Shown here: positions 1 to 13,591 of the stretch, one piece after another
Layout of the letters: each line of letters opens with the position of its first letter
Position numbering within the stretch: position 1 is the stretch's first letter
Assembly: GCA_951406725.2 (NCBI GenBank)
Contig: OX597814.1
Span: 168,950,001 to 169,014,000 of the forward strand
DNA length: 64,000 nucleotides
Reading direction: 5' to 3'
DNA from: Octopus vulgaris
Lineage: Eukaryota
Made by a program: the position numbers and the translations under genes
The notes under the pieces: model-generated
What the model saw: only the letters and a program-made list of their open reading frames with translations
Told to the model about the DNA's origin: nothing
The model's database searches: none

Positions 1-429
1 TATATCTGCTGAAACCTACTGCCTTTGATTTAATTAATTTTAAAAATAATGAAGAATTTAGTTAACTTTGTCATTATTAGGGTAGTGTTTGTATCCTACA
101 CTAACATGAAATTTTGATGGAATTTGGATCACACTACAAAAGTAAGTTTGTGTCATAAAACCGAGGAAGGTCTGAGATGTACTGATATCAGAAAAGTTAA
201 AGCAATGAGTGGTGAATGGCAGGTGAATCAGAAAATGTATCAGAGAACATACATTGCAGTACAGTTACTATTTGGGTACAAATCCCGCTGATGTTGACTT
301 TGTCTTTCATCCTTCAAGGGTCAATAAAATAAATCAAGAGTCACATACTGGTTCTAATTAAAATCAGCTGTATGAGCCCTATCTATGCCCATGCCAGAAA
401 TCATTTATCACAGCTAAAACAAGATTTTA

Positions 430-995
430 TCTTTTATTTTTTACTTGTTTCACTCATTAGACTGAAGCCATTCTGGAGCACTGCTTTGAAGAATTCAATT
501 GAATGAATTGATCTCACTGATCTCTTTTGTTGAACTACTTTGTTACAGAGACATAAACATACCTATTTCTTTACTACCCACAAGGGGCTAAACACAGAGA
601 GGACAAACAAGGACAGACAAACGGAATAAGTCAATTATATCGACCCCAGTGCATAACTGGTACTTATTTAATCAACCCCGAAAGGATGAAAGGCAAAGTC
701 GACCTTGGCGGAATTTGAACTCAGAACGTAATGGCAGACGAAATACTGCTAAGCATTTCGGCCGGCGTGCTAACGTTTCTGCCAGCTCGCCGCCTTAAAC
801 ATACCAACACTAGTTGTCAAAGCAGTGGTGAGGGACAAACACGTGTGATAGGCTTCTTTCCACCTGCCAAATCCACTCACAAGGCTTTGGTCAACCCAAG
901 GCTATAATAGAAGACACTTGCTTCAGGTGCTACATACTGGTAATGAACTAAGAACTATGTGGTAAGGAAGTAATCTTCTTACCACATACTCATGC
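430..995 (-). mobile_element. tRNA-derived SINE family A, decayed, interrupted by a family B SINE
   Basis: Matches the intact family A copies (23489, 59950) in reverse; split at 564-794. Confidence 0.8.
564..794 (-). mobile_element. SINE family B, full length, with TSD
   Basis: GGCGGCGAGCTGGCAGAAAC head, GTTCAAATTCC B-box-like motif, GTCGACTTTGCCTTTCATCCTTTCGGGG core (resembles the MetaSINE domain, from memory); direct repeat TAAACATACC at 554-563 and 796-805. Confidence 0.9.
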
Positions 996-1754
996 CTCCT
1001 TTGTTTTATTTAAAATGGTAAGAGAACAAATTAATAGTAATATTTCTCTAAGTTCAAATTCCGCAGTATTGACCCCGGTATTCAACTGGTAATCATTTTA
1101 TTGACCTAGAATGAATGAAAAACTGAATCAGCCTCAGTAGATTTTTGAAATCAGAACATAAAGACATTAAGCATTTTGTCTGGCATGTTAACAATTCTGC
1201 ATTTCACCAACCAAAATCGATGATGAGTCACAACAGTACATAAACAAGGACACTTGTACTTTCAAAAACAATAGCTAGTTTTCATTTTTTTTTTTTTTTA
1301 CTCATAACACTTTTTACTGAACTGCTCAAGTAGTTTAATGATAGTTTCAAAATATTAATTAAAAATGATACTATATTTAGAAAAATATGGCAACATTATA
1401 TTTACAAAAAGACTTTCCTGTAATTATCATTATTCCAGAAACTTTTTTAAATTACAATTTTCAATATCACATCTTTATTTTCCATAGTTATCAATTATAT
1501 TAAAATGCTCCCATTTCCCATCCTGCTTAAAGCAACATAATGGTAATAACTCTTACACCAACTCATACTTCATTTTAATTATTTCTCACTTTTTACTCAG
1601 TTTGCAAGACAAATCAGAGAGAAAAATTTCATTTTTCTATTCATCTTTATTTTACTTCTCTACACTCACAATTTTATTACTTTTTTTTTGTTTTTTTTTA
1701 TAGTTTCTTACTTGCACATTCTCTATTTAGCGCAACAACATATAAATTCACATA

Positions 1755-2175
1755 GCTGTAGGTGTGGCAGTGTGGTAAGAAGCATGCTTCCCAACCACAT
1801 GATTCTGGGTTCAGTCCTACTGCATGGCACCTTGGGCAAGCGTCTTCTACTATAGCCTCTAGCTGATCAATGCTTTGTGAGTGGATTTGGTAGACGGAAA
1901 CTGAAAGAAGCCTATCGTATATATACATACATATATATATATATATGCATGTGTCTTTGTGTCAGTGTTTGTCTTCCACCACCATTTGACAACCAGTGTT
2001 GGTGTGTTTACATCCCTGTAACTTAGTGGTTTGGCAAAGAAAATTGAAAGAATAAATATCAGGCTTTAAAAAAAATATATAAGTTTTGGGGTTGATTCAT
2101 TCAACTAAAAACCCTTCAAGGCGATGCCCCAGCACGGCCATGGTCAAATGATTGAAACAAGTAAAAGATAAAAGA
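1755..2175 (+). mobile_element. SINE family A
   Basis: tRNA-like head, GGCACCTTGGGCAAG core, internal (TA/TG)n, GAAACAAGTAAAAGA tail. Confidence 0.85.
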
Positions 2176-2387
2176 TAGCTAAAAATTAGTTGTTAGCAGT
2201 GAAAACAAAATTAGCACAGAATAGCAATCTTTACATCCTACTTAACATAGATATACTTTCAGAACAGCATAATACTGTAGTATTCATCTTGAGAAAGCAT
2301 CTCATATAGACATATAGTGTTAAAAAGCACACGTGTTAGTAGCAGACAATTATTAATACGTGTATTAGAGAGAACAGCACAGTATAT

Positions 2388-2590
2388 GCTGAAAAGTTCC
2401 TGGCTTTTAGATTAAAGAAAATACAGGAGGATCAGTTAATTATGATTTTATTCAACATATTCCCCTCTCAGAATCATACACATATTGCAGCCACCATCCT
2501 TCAGTTTTTCTAATCCTTGTAAAAGAAATCAGAAAGTTGGGCCTCCAACCAGGTTTTTCATGATACACTTAAAGCTAGGAACTTTTCAGC
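2388..2590 (-). mobile_element. mariner-derived MITE / internal deletion derivative
   Basis: Inverted repeats GCTGAAAAGTTCCTGGCTTT ... AAAGCTAGGAACTTTTCAGC; minus-strand interior reads QGLEKLKDGGCNMCMILRGEYVE*, a mariner transposase C-terminus. Confidence 0.8.
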
Positions 2591-2675
2591 AGCAAGCCAA
2601 CCCACCACTGTGTACTAAATACAAAGGTTGTGAGTAAATTTGGCTGATTTGCTGTTAGTAGTGGTTACTCTACAA

Positions 2676-2854
2676 CAGTGGTTTTCAACCAGGGTTCCAC
2701 AAGAAGTTACAAAAATGCTAAAATCGACAGTAATTTTTAATTCTCCTGTGCAGATATGTGTGCATAAGACAATTAAATTATTGCACAGGGGTTCCTCAAG
2801 CCAGTGAAATGTTTTCTTGGGGTCCTGCTCCAGCAAAAAGGTTGAAAAGCACTG
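2676..2854. mobile_element. hAT (Charlie-type) MITE
   Basis: TIRs CAGTGGTTTTCAACC ... GGTTGAAAAGCACTG; perfect 8-bp TSD CTCTACAA at 2668-2675 and 2855-2862. Confidence 0.9.
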
Positions 2855-3773
2855 CTCTACAACTATATTGCTTTTGCTCTGCTGAAAGGTATGAATTTCA
2901 CACAATCTTGGTTCAACCATATAAAACTTGAAAATCAAGAGATCTTAAACTAACATTAGAAAACCAACACTGAACATTTGCATAACTTGCAACTGGTGCA
3001 AGTCAGTGACTTCAAATGTAAACAAAGCAGCAACAGAATGCAACTGCATAATTATTATTAAAGAATTTACTTAAGATAGCAATCAATAGCAAATCAATGT
3101 CAAGTGAAGCCTGATGTATGATAGCAAGTTTGTTATTATCAGCCTCAGCCTAATAAATAAACAACTGCCATGACCAAACAGATTAGTTATTGGAAAGACG
3201 GGGTGTGGGAGTAGAACAGAGATACTAGAATCTCAGGAGTGAACAGCTGAAGTGGAATTGAAGTACAACAGAAACATGCTAACTAAACTGGTCTTGGCAA
3301 TAAACGTTCGCTTGTGCATACATACTATTATTCTTTTTCTGGATTCACCCAATATGCTCCGGCCATGTTGGAGCATTTGCCTTGAAGGGTTTTAGATGAT
3401 CATATCAATTTCAGTGTGCATTTTAAGTCTGGTGCTTATTTTACCAATCTGTGTTCATGAAACAGCTAATGGGATGCTAAAGGACACAGCATTTGTTTTA
3501 ACATACAAGCAGACACATAAGCAGATACACACACGCTAACACAAATGAGAGTATGGTGAAATTCCATGCATCAAATTCCACTCATGGAATCGGTCAACAT
3601 GAGTCTACAGACACTTACCTAAGATGGCCTCACTGTAGGATAGGATCCAGAATCACACAGCTGCAAATATCCTAACCACACATGTCTATATACACATATA
3701 TAGACATTGTGCCTGTATACCTTTTATCTACATATTCATTACCTATGGCCATTAAGCCAGTACTATAAATATA

Positions 3774-3984
3774 TATTTCTTTACTACCCACAAGGGGCTA
3801 AACACAGAGAGGACAAACAAGGACATACAAACGGATTAAGTCGATTATATCGACCCCAGTGCGTAACTGGTATTTAATTTATCGACCCCGAAAGGATGAA
3901 AGGCAAAGTCGACCTCGGCGGAATTTGAACTCGGAACGTAACGACAGACGAAATACGGCTAAGCATTTCGCCCAGCGTCCTAAC
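3774..3984 (-). mobile_element. SINE family B, slightly 5'-truncated
   Basis: Near-identical to other B copies; 18-bp TSD GCCAGTACTATAAATATA at 3756-3773 and 3985-4002. Confidence 0.9.
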
Positions 3985-4026
3985 GCCAGTACTATAAATA
4001 TAACGTAACCAATAGACTCCACCAAT

Positions 4027-4275
4027 GGTGGAGATGAGTGGCTTAGAGGTTAGGGTGTTGCATTCATGATCATAAGATTGTGGTATCGATTCCTGGATTG
4101 AGTGATGTGTTGTGCTCTTCTTGAGAGAACACTTCATTTCACATTGCTCCAGTCCACTCAGCTGTCCAAAAAGGAGTAATTATGTGATGGACTAGTATCC
4201 TGTCCAAGGAGTAACATGTACCTAACAAATTCTGGGAAATAGTCCTTATGAGCTGATGGCTTGGAAAAGACCTGT
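4027..4275 (+). mobile_element. tRNA-derived SINE family D, decayed
   Basis: A-box-like TGGCTTAGAGG, B-box-like GGTATCGATTCC, GATGGACTAGTATCCTGTCCAAGG segment shared with 57487-57739; related copy near 32930-33090. Confidence 0.65.
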
Positions 4276-7200
4276 GATCCATTTTGAACAGATTGGATGA
4301 TGCGATAATGCAAGTGGATATAATAATGCAGACACACACACACTTTTACTCACAAGCACTATTTTGCAAGCATGAGATAATTTTTATGCAGTTACTTGAC
4401 TTATTAGAAATAACAGTTGAATCGCGCTCAAACATTGCCATCTCTGAAGATAAGGATATGCTGGAGAATATTTTAAAAGAAATGATGGTCATGGTTGGAA
4501 TGCCTTTAATCCTAAATCTACTGAATCAGAGCTGCTCTGGGGCTAAACAAACAACAACAACAACAACAAAAAATATCAGAAGATTCACTTCCAATATCCT
4601 ACAGGTTTTTGAACTTAAGACATGTAACACTGAAATGTCATGCCAAATGATATCGGACAGATATGTATTTTTGATTCAATAGAATGAGTGCAATCTGATT
4701 ATTTCTCTCCACATATGTATTGGTTTTTTTCTGAATTAACAAAATACTGCAAAGTTCTAAATTTAATAATATACATTTCATATCTTAATGGAAAGAAAAA
4801 ACAAAAAAAAAAAAACTCACCTAACACATCATTAGAACACGAATGAATTAAATTCTATATATATAAAATATAGTTCTAGTCTTGCTTAAAAACAATTTAG
4901 GCTTAACAGCCAAAAAATTGCAATTTCAACCTCAAAAATTGTTTGAGAATGAGTCCAAAAACATATTTCTGTAAAGAATTGATTTTAATATACCACCGCC
5001 ACATCATCATTATTATTTAATGTCTATTTCTCCATATTTCATCATCATCATCAAAATTTAATGTCCGTTTTCCAAACTGGCATGAGTTAGATGGTTTGAC
5101 AAGAACTGGCAAGGCCAGGAGTGGCACCAGGTTCCACAGTCTCTTTTGGCTTGGTTTCTACAACTGGATCCCTTTCTAATGCCAACTACTTCACAGAGTG
5201 TACTGAGTGTTTTTTTATCACACAGCACCTTGCAAATGGAATTTGTTGAACCAGAATTTAAAAGGCTGGATGTTCTTCCTGTTGCCAAACTTCACTTGTT
5301 TCCGAGCAAGGTAATATTCCCCCATAGGCAAAAGTGTTTTCCATGAAAGACTGAAAATGAATAACATCAATTGCATGAAGGCGATGCTCGTTTACAATCA
5401 TCAAATGATGTCAAACCAAAAGTAAATACATACACACACATATACAATGGGCTTCTTTAGTTTCTATCTACCAAATCCACTCACCCATACATTATATACG
5501 ATGCTTCAGCATGAACACAGCTGCATCACTGAAACAAATAAAAGTGCAAAAGAATATATATAAAATATTTTGACAAATTAAATCTAAATAGTGAAGTGAA
5601 TCTAATGGATTTTGTGTTTCTTAAATGGCTTATAAACACCTTCCACACTGCAATTGTTTTCGTTCCAGCACATGATCTCATATCAGGTCACTTGCTATGC
5701 AAGTACATCTCCATAAATAAGAATATATATATATGTGTGTGTGTGTGTGTGTACATGATGGGCTTCTTTCAGTTTCCACCTGAAAAATCCACTTGCAAGG
5801 CTTTGATCAGCTTAGGGCTTTATTAGAGAACACTTTCCCCAGAGCAGGACTGAACTCCAGACCACATGTTTGGGAAGGTAACCTTTTATCCATACAGCTA
5901 TATAGGCCTGTGCCTATATATGGTGTGTAATTTCGCTGTTTCTATTTACTAATTACCGAATCCACATCACCTCCTCATTTCTTCTGTATATTTATTGACT
6001 GACAAATATAATAACAACCTGACTGATAGATCACACTTGGATTCAACTCAAACTCAACTCAAGCTGTACAAGGCAAAACAAATCGAAAAAAAAAAAAAAA
6101 AAAAGCAACCATTTAGTTAATGACCTTGTATGTTCTCTCTGGATACGAGTGTTTTAACATCCGCATTATTTTAGAATGAATTTAGAAATAATTTCTTATG
6201 TAGAATTAATTAACTTGTATGCTTTGTTAAAAACACACACACAAGCACCCACACATTTTTATATAAAGTTAACTTGACATTATAAAGCAGTCTAGTTTAT
6301 TGCACTCTCATTAATTTATATTTACATCAATTTAGACATTAAGAAATGAAATAACACTATACAATATACCATTACAGTAATATCTAAGCATTCAGCTAAA
6401 GAGATTATGCAATAGAATTTAAGAGATGTCTGTCTGTTTCTTTCTCTCTTTTTCTTCTTTATCCACACTCTTTGCACTTATTTCGTCAATAAAAAAAAAA
6501 AAAGAAAAAGAAAGTTGACAGCCAACCTAAAAGTTAGACATTTCCAAGTTTTGATATCAGCTTATATCTCACACTTGAGAAGCATTCAAGTTATCTGAGC
6601 TGACAGTTTAAAAGCAAGGAACAGTACGACTGAATACATACACGACTATGAAGTAGAGAGGATAAGTACAAATAGCAAATTATATGGAGAGAGAGAGAGT
6701 GAACTGTTTTACACACACACACACACACGCAAACATAAATACACATTAATGAGAAAATATTTACACTTATTATTTCTAAATTGAATGGCCACTAAAGGGC
6801 AAGACTTGAATATTATCCAAGTTCAAATATTCCATTATTATTCATGAGACTTTTGTAAATGTGTGAAATACTATAATAATCAATAGATCAGAAAGGCCAG
6901 GCAGTGGTTGACAATCAGACAATAAAATGGAATATCTAATTGAATATACATAGATATATCATTATTGTTGTTGTTGTTATTATTGTTATTATTATTATCA
7001 TTATGTTTTCTACACAAACATGATACTTTTATTGTAGGGAACAATAGGGAGTAAAATTACAAATCTATTTAATAGTGTACTATCTTATATCCATATGTGT
7101 GTGTATAAAATACATATACACTCACATACGCACACAGAGGCACCTTCTGTGTAACGGCCACTTCAGGTTATGGGATTCACACTTTACAGAAATTTTAAAA

Positions 7201-7282
7201 CACCATTTATTTTAGGGTGTAAGTCTATAATTTCACTGTAACAGAAATTCAGACAGATTCTATCAACTTGAAACAACAGGTT

Positions 7283-7316
7283 CTTCTCAGCATTTTGGCT
7301 TAGATCAAAGTGAAGT
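7283..7316 (+). pseudogene. 3'-truncated U2 snRNA retro-fragment
   Basis: CTTCTCAGCATTTTGGCTTAGATCAAAGTGAAGT matches the U2 5' end CTTCTCGGCCTTTTGGCTAAGATCAAAGTGTAGT at 30/34; imperfect flanking repeat TATCAACTTGAAA / TAACAATTTGAAA. Confidence 0.7.
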
Positions 7317-7357
7317 TAACAATTTGAAAAAAAAACTAGAATCACAATACATACATA

Positions 7358-7423
7358 CAGTAAGTAATCCTTCGACTATCATGGGTATTATGTTCCAAAA
7401 TCCACAAAGTAGAAACAGTACTG

Positions 7424-7476
<53 letters not shown>

Positions 7477-7601
7477 TAACTATTTTTATAATTTGTATAT
7501 ATTTATTTTATTATAAATGCAAAACAACACCACGGAGGAATTAACATAAGCTTAAATAATAAACCGCGTTAGGTGAACCGCAATACGGCAAAGGATTATT
7601 G
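7358..7601. mobile_element. Tigger/pogo-type MITE
   Basis: TA|CAGTAAGTAATCCTTCG ... GGCAAAGGATTATTG|TA ends; internal (TA)n. Confidence 0.75.
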
Positions 7602-8283
7602 TATACATGAGAGTCTGCATCACTATAAATATCTATGGAGGGTGAGATGGAATTTTTCACAGTGGATATTTGTGTGTATGTTTATGCATATATTTTGGGG
7701 TTGGAATGGGCATCTATTTATCTATCTATCATCTCTGTATACATACATCTATGTATAAACCAACCTTCACTGCCATTACTATATTTACATTTAAAACCAA
7801 TAGAACCACCATCAACACCAAAACAATTGTTTATTGCCTGTTTCTTATCAACATTACAGCTCTTTGGTATGTTTTTTTCCCTCGTATTAGGTGTAAAGAA
7901 TGGTGTTCACAGGATTGAGTTGCAATGCTTTGGGGGGAGAGAGAGAGAGAAGGGGCTTGGTTGCTAATGCTAACAGTTGAAGTGATTGTCTATAATTATA
8001 TACATGGAACATGGTTTAGTATGGCTGTAAAAAATGTGAACAAGACTTGACTAACTGGATGTGATGCCTTGTTTCAAGTTATGCTTTTCTATTCCCTTCA
8101 GTACATGCAAAGTTTGAACAGCTCATTTTAAATTTAGAATTCAGTTGCCCTATTTTATGTGGAACATGTCAGCCCTTGATAACTTTTTAAATACCATTCT
8201 TGCTTGACTGTATATTCTTTAGGTTTTCTTTAATATGTATTTCAGTTTTACCAATGCCAAAAAGTACTTGCTGGCTTATTTAA

Positions 8284-8457
8284 CACTTTAGCATTCAGAT
8301 TACTCTGTCAAATGTAATGCTTATCTGTTCACATTGTTTTGAATTAACCATGCAATATCTCACAGCTTTCAAATTTTGATGATATGACTTTCTTTTTAGA
8401 GTGACATTACAGGGTAGGTGTATGAGGCCTGATCTGGCCAGTTTAAATACTGAAGGG
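8284..8457. mobile_element. piggyBac-like MITE family 1
   Basis: TTAA|CACTTTAGCATT ... AATACTGAAGGG|TTAA; related copies near 28540-28700 and 43020-43245 (reverse). Confidence 0.7.
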
Positions 8458-8761
8458 TTAAATATCATTGGCAGCCTAGTTCACTTCATGAATAAAATAA
8501 ATACATACTATCACTATTTAGCAACTCAAGAACAAAAAATATTGCTACAATATGGAAACAGTTAGCAGTTATATGCTAAAAGCTACATGCATGAAATCAA
8601 CAAAGTAATTTGAATAATTGATCAATACTAAAGAGCTCCAAACTGCATGATAATCCTTACCTAGTTAGTCTGCAGATAGCTGAATGGGATAGAGTTTCTG
8701 GTGACTTATTCACAGATTAACAATCACTTCAAAAATCAAATGGAAATTGTAGTTGTGATAC

Positions 8762-9078
8762 ATGTGCCGGTGGCACATAAAAAGCACCATCCGAACGTGG
8801 CCGATGCCAGTGCCACCTTGACTGGCTTCCGTGCCGGTGGCACATAAGAAGCACCAACCGATCGTGGCCGTTGCCAGCTTCGCCTGGCACCTGTGCCGGT
8901 GGCACGTAAAAAGCACCCACTACACTCATGGAGTGGTTGGTGTTAGGAAGGGCATCCAGCTGTAGAAACACTGCCAGATCAGACTGGAGTCTGGTGCAGC
9001 CTCCTGGCTTCCCAGACCCTGGTCAAACCATCCAACCCATGCTACCATGGAAAATGGACGTTAAACGATGATGATGAT
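8762..9078 (+). mobile_element. repeat family C, LINE (probably RTE) 3'-end type with (GAT)n tail
   Basis: Three tandem GTGCCGGTGGCAC(A/G)TAA.AAGCACC units, then GGAAGGGCATCCAGCTGTAGAAAC ... GGACGTTAAACGATGATGATGA. Other copies near 5040-5220, 21200-21370, 30285-30420. Confidence 0.75.
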
Positions 9079-9160
9079 TAGTTGTTTGATGTCTGTGTGA
9101 AAGTATGGCGTGTTAGCTGAGAAGTTAATTTGCCTTTAACTGCACTTCAATCCTTTAATC

Positions 9161-9684
9161 TAGTGGTTCTCAACTAGGGTCCATATAAGATTTTTTGGGG
9201 TTCATGCAAGCAAAATAGTAATTCAGGGATTCACAGTATTATATTAAGGGGTCATGATAAAATTTGCTTTAGATGTATTTATTGCAAAAAACAGCTATTT
9301 TTTAAAATATTTTTTTAATCTCTAATGCTAAACTTATTTCAACATGGCTGCCGACAAATTTTTCCACTTTGTAAGGGTAATTTACCCAATATTTCTGCTG
9401 TTCTAATGGTGTCTGTGTTCGAAACAATTTTTTTATCTTTGTATCTTACAATATACATTTCAGCACTTATATATATAAAAAAAAAAAATGTTGGTTTGTT
9501 TAAATTTATATACACATAGTTCAACATGTTTCATGCAAGCAACCATGTGAAAAACAACATAAGAATTTTGAAATAAGTATCTATGATACTAGTTTTTAAA
9601 TCAATGAATAGCTACGGGGTCTGCCAGAATAAAATAGTAATCAAAGGGATCTATTGGTAAAAAAAAAATGGTTGAGAACCACTG
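9161..9684. mobile_element. hAT-type MITE
   Basis: TIRs TAGTGGTTCTCAAC ... GTTGAGAACCACTG; 8-bp TSD with one mismatch (CTTTAATC / CTTTCATC). Confidence 0.85.
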
Positions 9685-12600
9685 CTTTCATCCATTCATA
9701 CTAAGTTTTCAGTCAACAGTTAAGCACTATTTCAATATACTTAACAACAGACCGATTTCTGTATCAAGAAAATAACTTGCACCTTTTATCTTTTATTTTT
9801 CATATTTTACTTGTTTCACTCACTGAACTGTGGCCATGCTGGAGTACCTCCTTGAAGGATTTTAGTCAAACAAATTGACCCCAGTACTTATTTGTTTTTC
9901 AAGTCAAGTACTTATTCTATCGATCTTCTTTGCCAAGCCACTAAATTATGGTGGACATAAACAAACCAACATCGGTTGTCAAGTGGTTGGTGGGTGCCAA
10001 ATACTCACTACCTGCAGCTATAAGTGTGTAAAGCAATTTTTAAAACAAAAAATAGTAGAAGAGGGAACCTATACTATGAGGTCTTTTAACTGACCAGAAA
10101 CAGCTACAAAATTTCCTTTTGTTCACACCCAACCAAAAAAAAAAATGGTATTACTAGAATACCTGTGATCTTATGTCTGCTTCATCAGGATTGACCAATG
10201 ACAATCAATAACGGCAGCATGCCAACATGGGCGCCTCTACAGTGTAAATCATGTTGCTAGAAATATCAGCCAATACATGTTGGATCTAAACAACGGCAAG
10301 AAACATAGTTCACAAGGAAATGTTTCAACACAGCCTGAACTTACTATGGCTTTAAGCAATTTAAAGACCACACATATATAGACCCAGATGCTCACTATAT
10401 TTGCCTGTGTATCAGATAGATGTGCTAGAAAATAATAGTCGTCGTCCTTTTCAAGGGAATATTTAAGAGGTAATTAGGAGAAATAAAAATTCAATATTTT
10501 TTTTTTTTGTTCAATGTGTATTGATGTAATATATAGCTAGAAGATCACCACCCAGGAATGGAATGTTTCAAATATAGTTTTGGTAGTGGTGGTGGTGAAT
10601 TTACTTTGTTTACATACGCTAGAAATAGAATCAAAGAAAATGAGATTTAGATCAAAAAAGTTTTACTGTAGAGATACATCATCCTGTTCATACCAATATT
10701 TATTGCATTACAGATATCATCTAATGATAAAAAAAAAAAAGAAGTCTCCAAGAGTTGATTTTGGCAAAGACAATTACGAAAATGTGCAGTTACAGTATTC
10801 AGATATATTAATAAAACTTGAATTACAAGAGTTAAAAAAAACAACAACAACAATATTAATAATAAACCTTGGGCAAAATAAAACTTCCTGGTACAAACTA
10901 TAATCTAAAATAATATTTTATTGCTGAAGGGAAAATAAAAAGAAGCAACGAAAGAAAGCCTCTCGCTATACAAATTAATAACCAAATCAAAATTTTTAAG
11001 ATAAGAAGTATCTGATGAGAAATATTGATTTTTGTGTATCAATAACACTTTGCAAGGCATAAGCAGTGTGAAGGAATAGTCGTGGAAGTGAGAGACAATT
11101 GATTGTTTGCACCTCTTTTTGGCTTTTACCAAAATATTGACATCCTTTAGTTGAAACAAGGTATCATTGGTGTCATGTGACTGGCTTGCTAGCTGATGTA
11201 AAAGTGAAAAAAAGGTCAGCTGTGAAAACTTGATTACAGGTGTCAAACCTTGAGTAACTATGATCATGGATTACTCTCAATACTTCCCAATACTTAATAA
11301 CCAGTATTTCAAGTCAACAAGAAAGACTTGTTAGAAATAGAAACCAAAGCTTACTCTAAAGTGTTTATCAATATTGATTTCAAATTTTGGCACAAGGCCA
11401 GAAATTTCAAGGGAGGGGGGTAAGATGATTACATCAACCCCAGTGTTCAACTGGAACTTATTCTATCAACCCTAAAAGGATGAAAGGTAAAGTCAAATTT
11501 GGGGGGGAGGAAAGATCATGGTTTTGATAATAATGTCTGCTTGATAAAAGCTGATTTGGATTTATGCAAATAACAGAAACAAGCAGTGCTTGTGCAGCTT
11601 TTAATCACACTCAAATATATCCATGGAATATCATATCTGAATGACTTTGTAGCATGTGCAGCAAGTGGCAGTCACACGCATTCTTTTTATTCTTTTCTTA
11701 GCTTGCGATGTTAGCCTGTGGTCATGGTGGAGGAGCGTCACCTTCAATGATATAGTTGATTACATCAACTTACTTCATCAACCTAAGAGAAATGAGAGGC
11801 AAAGAAAAGAAGAACTGGGTGGAATTTTAAGGGATGTAACTAAATACCACAATTTTATTTTTGTTTTCGTCCAGCTCGCTACCAATTTCAATCATCTGCC
11901 CGCCATATGTATACTCTCAATAAAGGACACTTGAATTAATATAAGCTGGAGATAAACTGGATAACATACAAATTAACACAAGCTAAATAACATGCTTAGA
12001 TCCTACGTACATCATTAGATAAGATCTATATTATTAGATAAGAGGTTCAAAACTCTTATCTGATTTTAACTCTCCAGTTTTGATGAGTATGTACTAAATT
12101 AAACGAATCCTGTGTGTCAAACTGACCTTATTTCCAAGGTTGCCCATCTTCCTCTCTTTTGTTTCACAGTTTCTATATAATTCTCCCAAATGCATCTTAT
12201 TACATTTTACTTTGACTGTCGACATTCTTCAAATATTTGTTTTACATGTTTACACAAGCGGGCCCCCCCACCCCTGTCATCTTTTATCTTTCCCCAATAA
12301 GAGGATAACAGAATGTAATCAGAATATTATTTCATTTTCTATTTTTATTATTATTTTTTTTTTTGCATTACAAGATTCTTGATGTCAAACAGATGTTAAA
12401 TATAGCGAGAATGTCATCAGCCAATACGAAACACACAACTAGTTTTAGTCCACTTGTTTTTATCATTGCTAACTAATTAACCAAATAATTAATCGATTGC
12501 TTGATAACACATTTGATCAATTAATCAATTAATCAGTTTGTTAGAATTCTTTCATCACCATTTGTGACTTTGTCAATGCTGTGGCCTCATTAATCCAAGT

Positions 12601-13591
12601 TTGTCCTATTGTTGCCAAACATTGGGTCTCTTTCACTTTTTTTTCCTTCATCTGAAGAAGAACCTTTAACTCGAAACATTAGAATTAACACCTCCCCATT
12701 TTCTCTACCCGTACAAATTTTATAATATCTGTGAACCTTATTTACTGATGTCTGAAATTGCAGATTACCATTAATATATATTGGATTTAGCTTTTTACTG
12801 ACTGTTTTTTTGACACTGCAGTTGATAGACAAAGAAAAATGTTCAGTTTACAGCAGGACAGCAACAACAACTGTCCTCAAGGACATTCAAAAGTTCAATA
12901 AACTAGAACACCTATGAAAGTTCATCAACATTTGTTGTAGCAGCAGCAGTAGTAGTAGTGGTGGTGGTGATTAATCACTTTCCTGTTAAAATTTATCACT
13001 CAGTTTAAAGTAAACAACAGACTAACATACAAAAGAATATAATAATTCCTACAGGACATTTCAAGTAAATAATTCTCTCTGAATAGATAGCTATCAAGCA
13101 GAAAGACACACCTCATCGAAACACTAAAAATATAATAAATAAATAAAGCAATCGTAACAAGAAAGCATTTGATTGTTGAAGAAATTGATGCATTTTGCTT
13201 CTACTCAATGCCCTTGTCATTTGCCTTTTATATCTGGTAATAAATATAAGAGCAACATGCCAATCCCAATCATAATATAATACAGCAAAAGGCTAATAGG
13301 TGTATAGAACAGAGTTACCAATTATTATATTAGTTATTAGTATTATCAATAAGTCACTAAATCAGACTACAATGATTTGAAGAATAAAAAAGAATTTTTT
13401 TTTTTTACTTCAGTCACAGTCGGAACTCATGCTATGATGGGGGATGGGCATTTGCTTTAAAGGGCTTTCAGTTCATAATCTCAGTACTTATTTTATTGAT
13501 CTTTACTCATGGAAGATTAAAGTTACGTTTGATGTGATGTGAAGGACTTAATCACAGCTGCAAATATATGACAGGCTACCACATTCTGCTC

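Noticed and set aside
8762-8920. Spaced palindromic repeats resembling a CRISPR array
   Set aside because: Eukaryotic context, no cas genes, spacers resemble one another, and the unit belongs to repeat family C.
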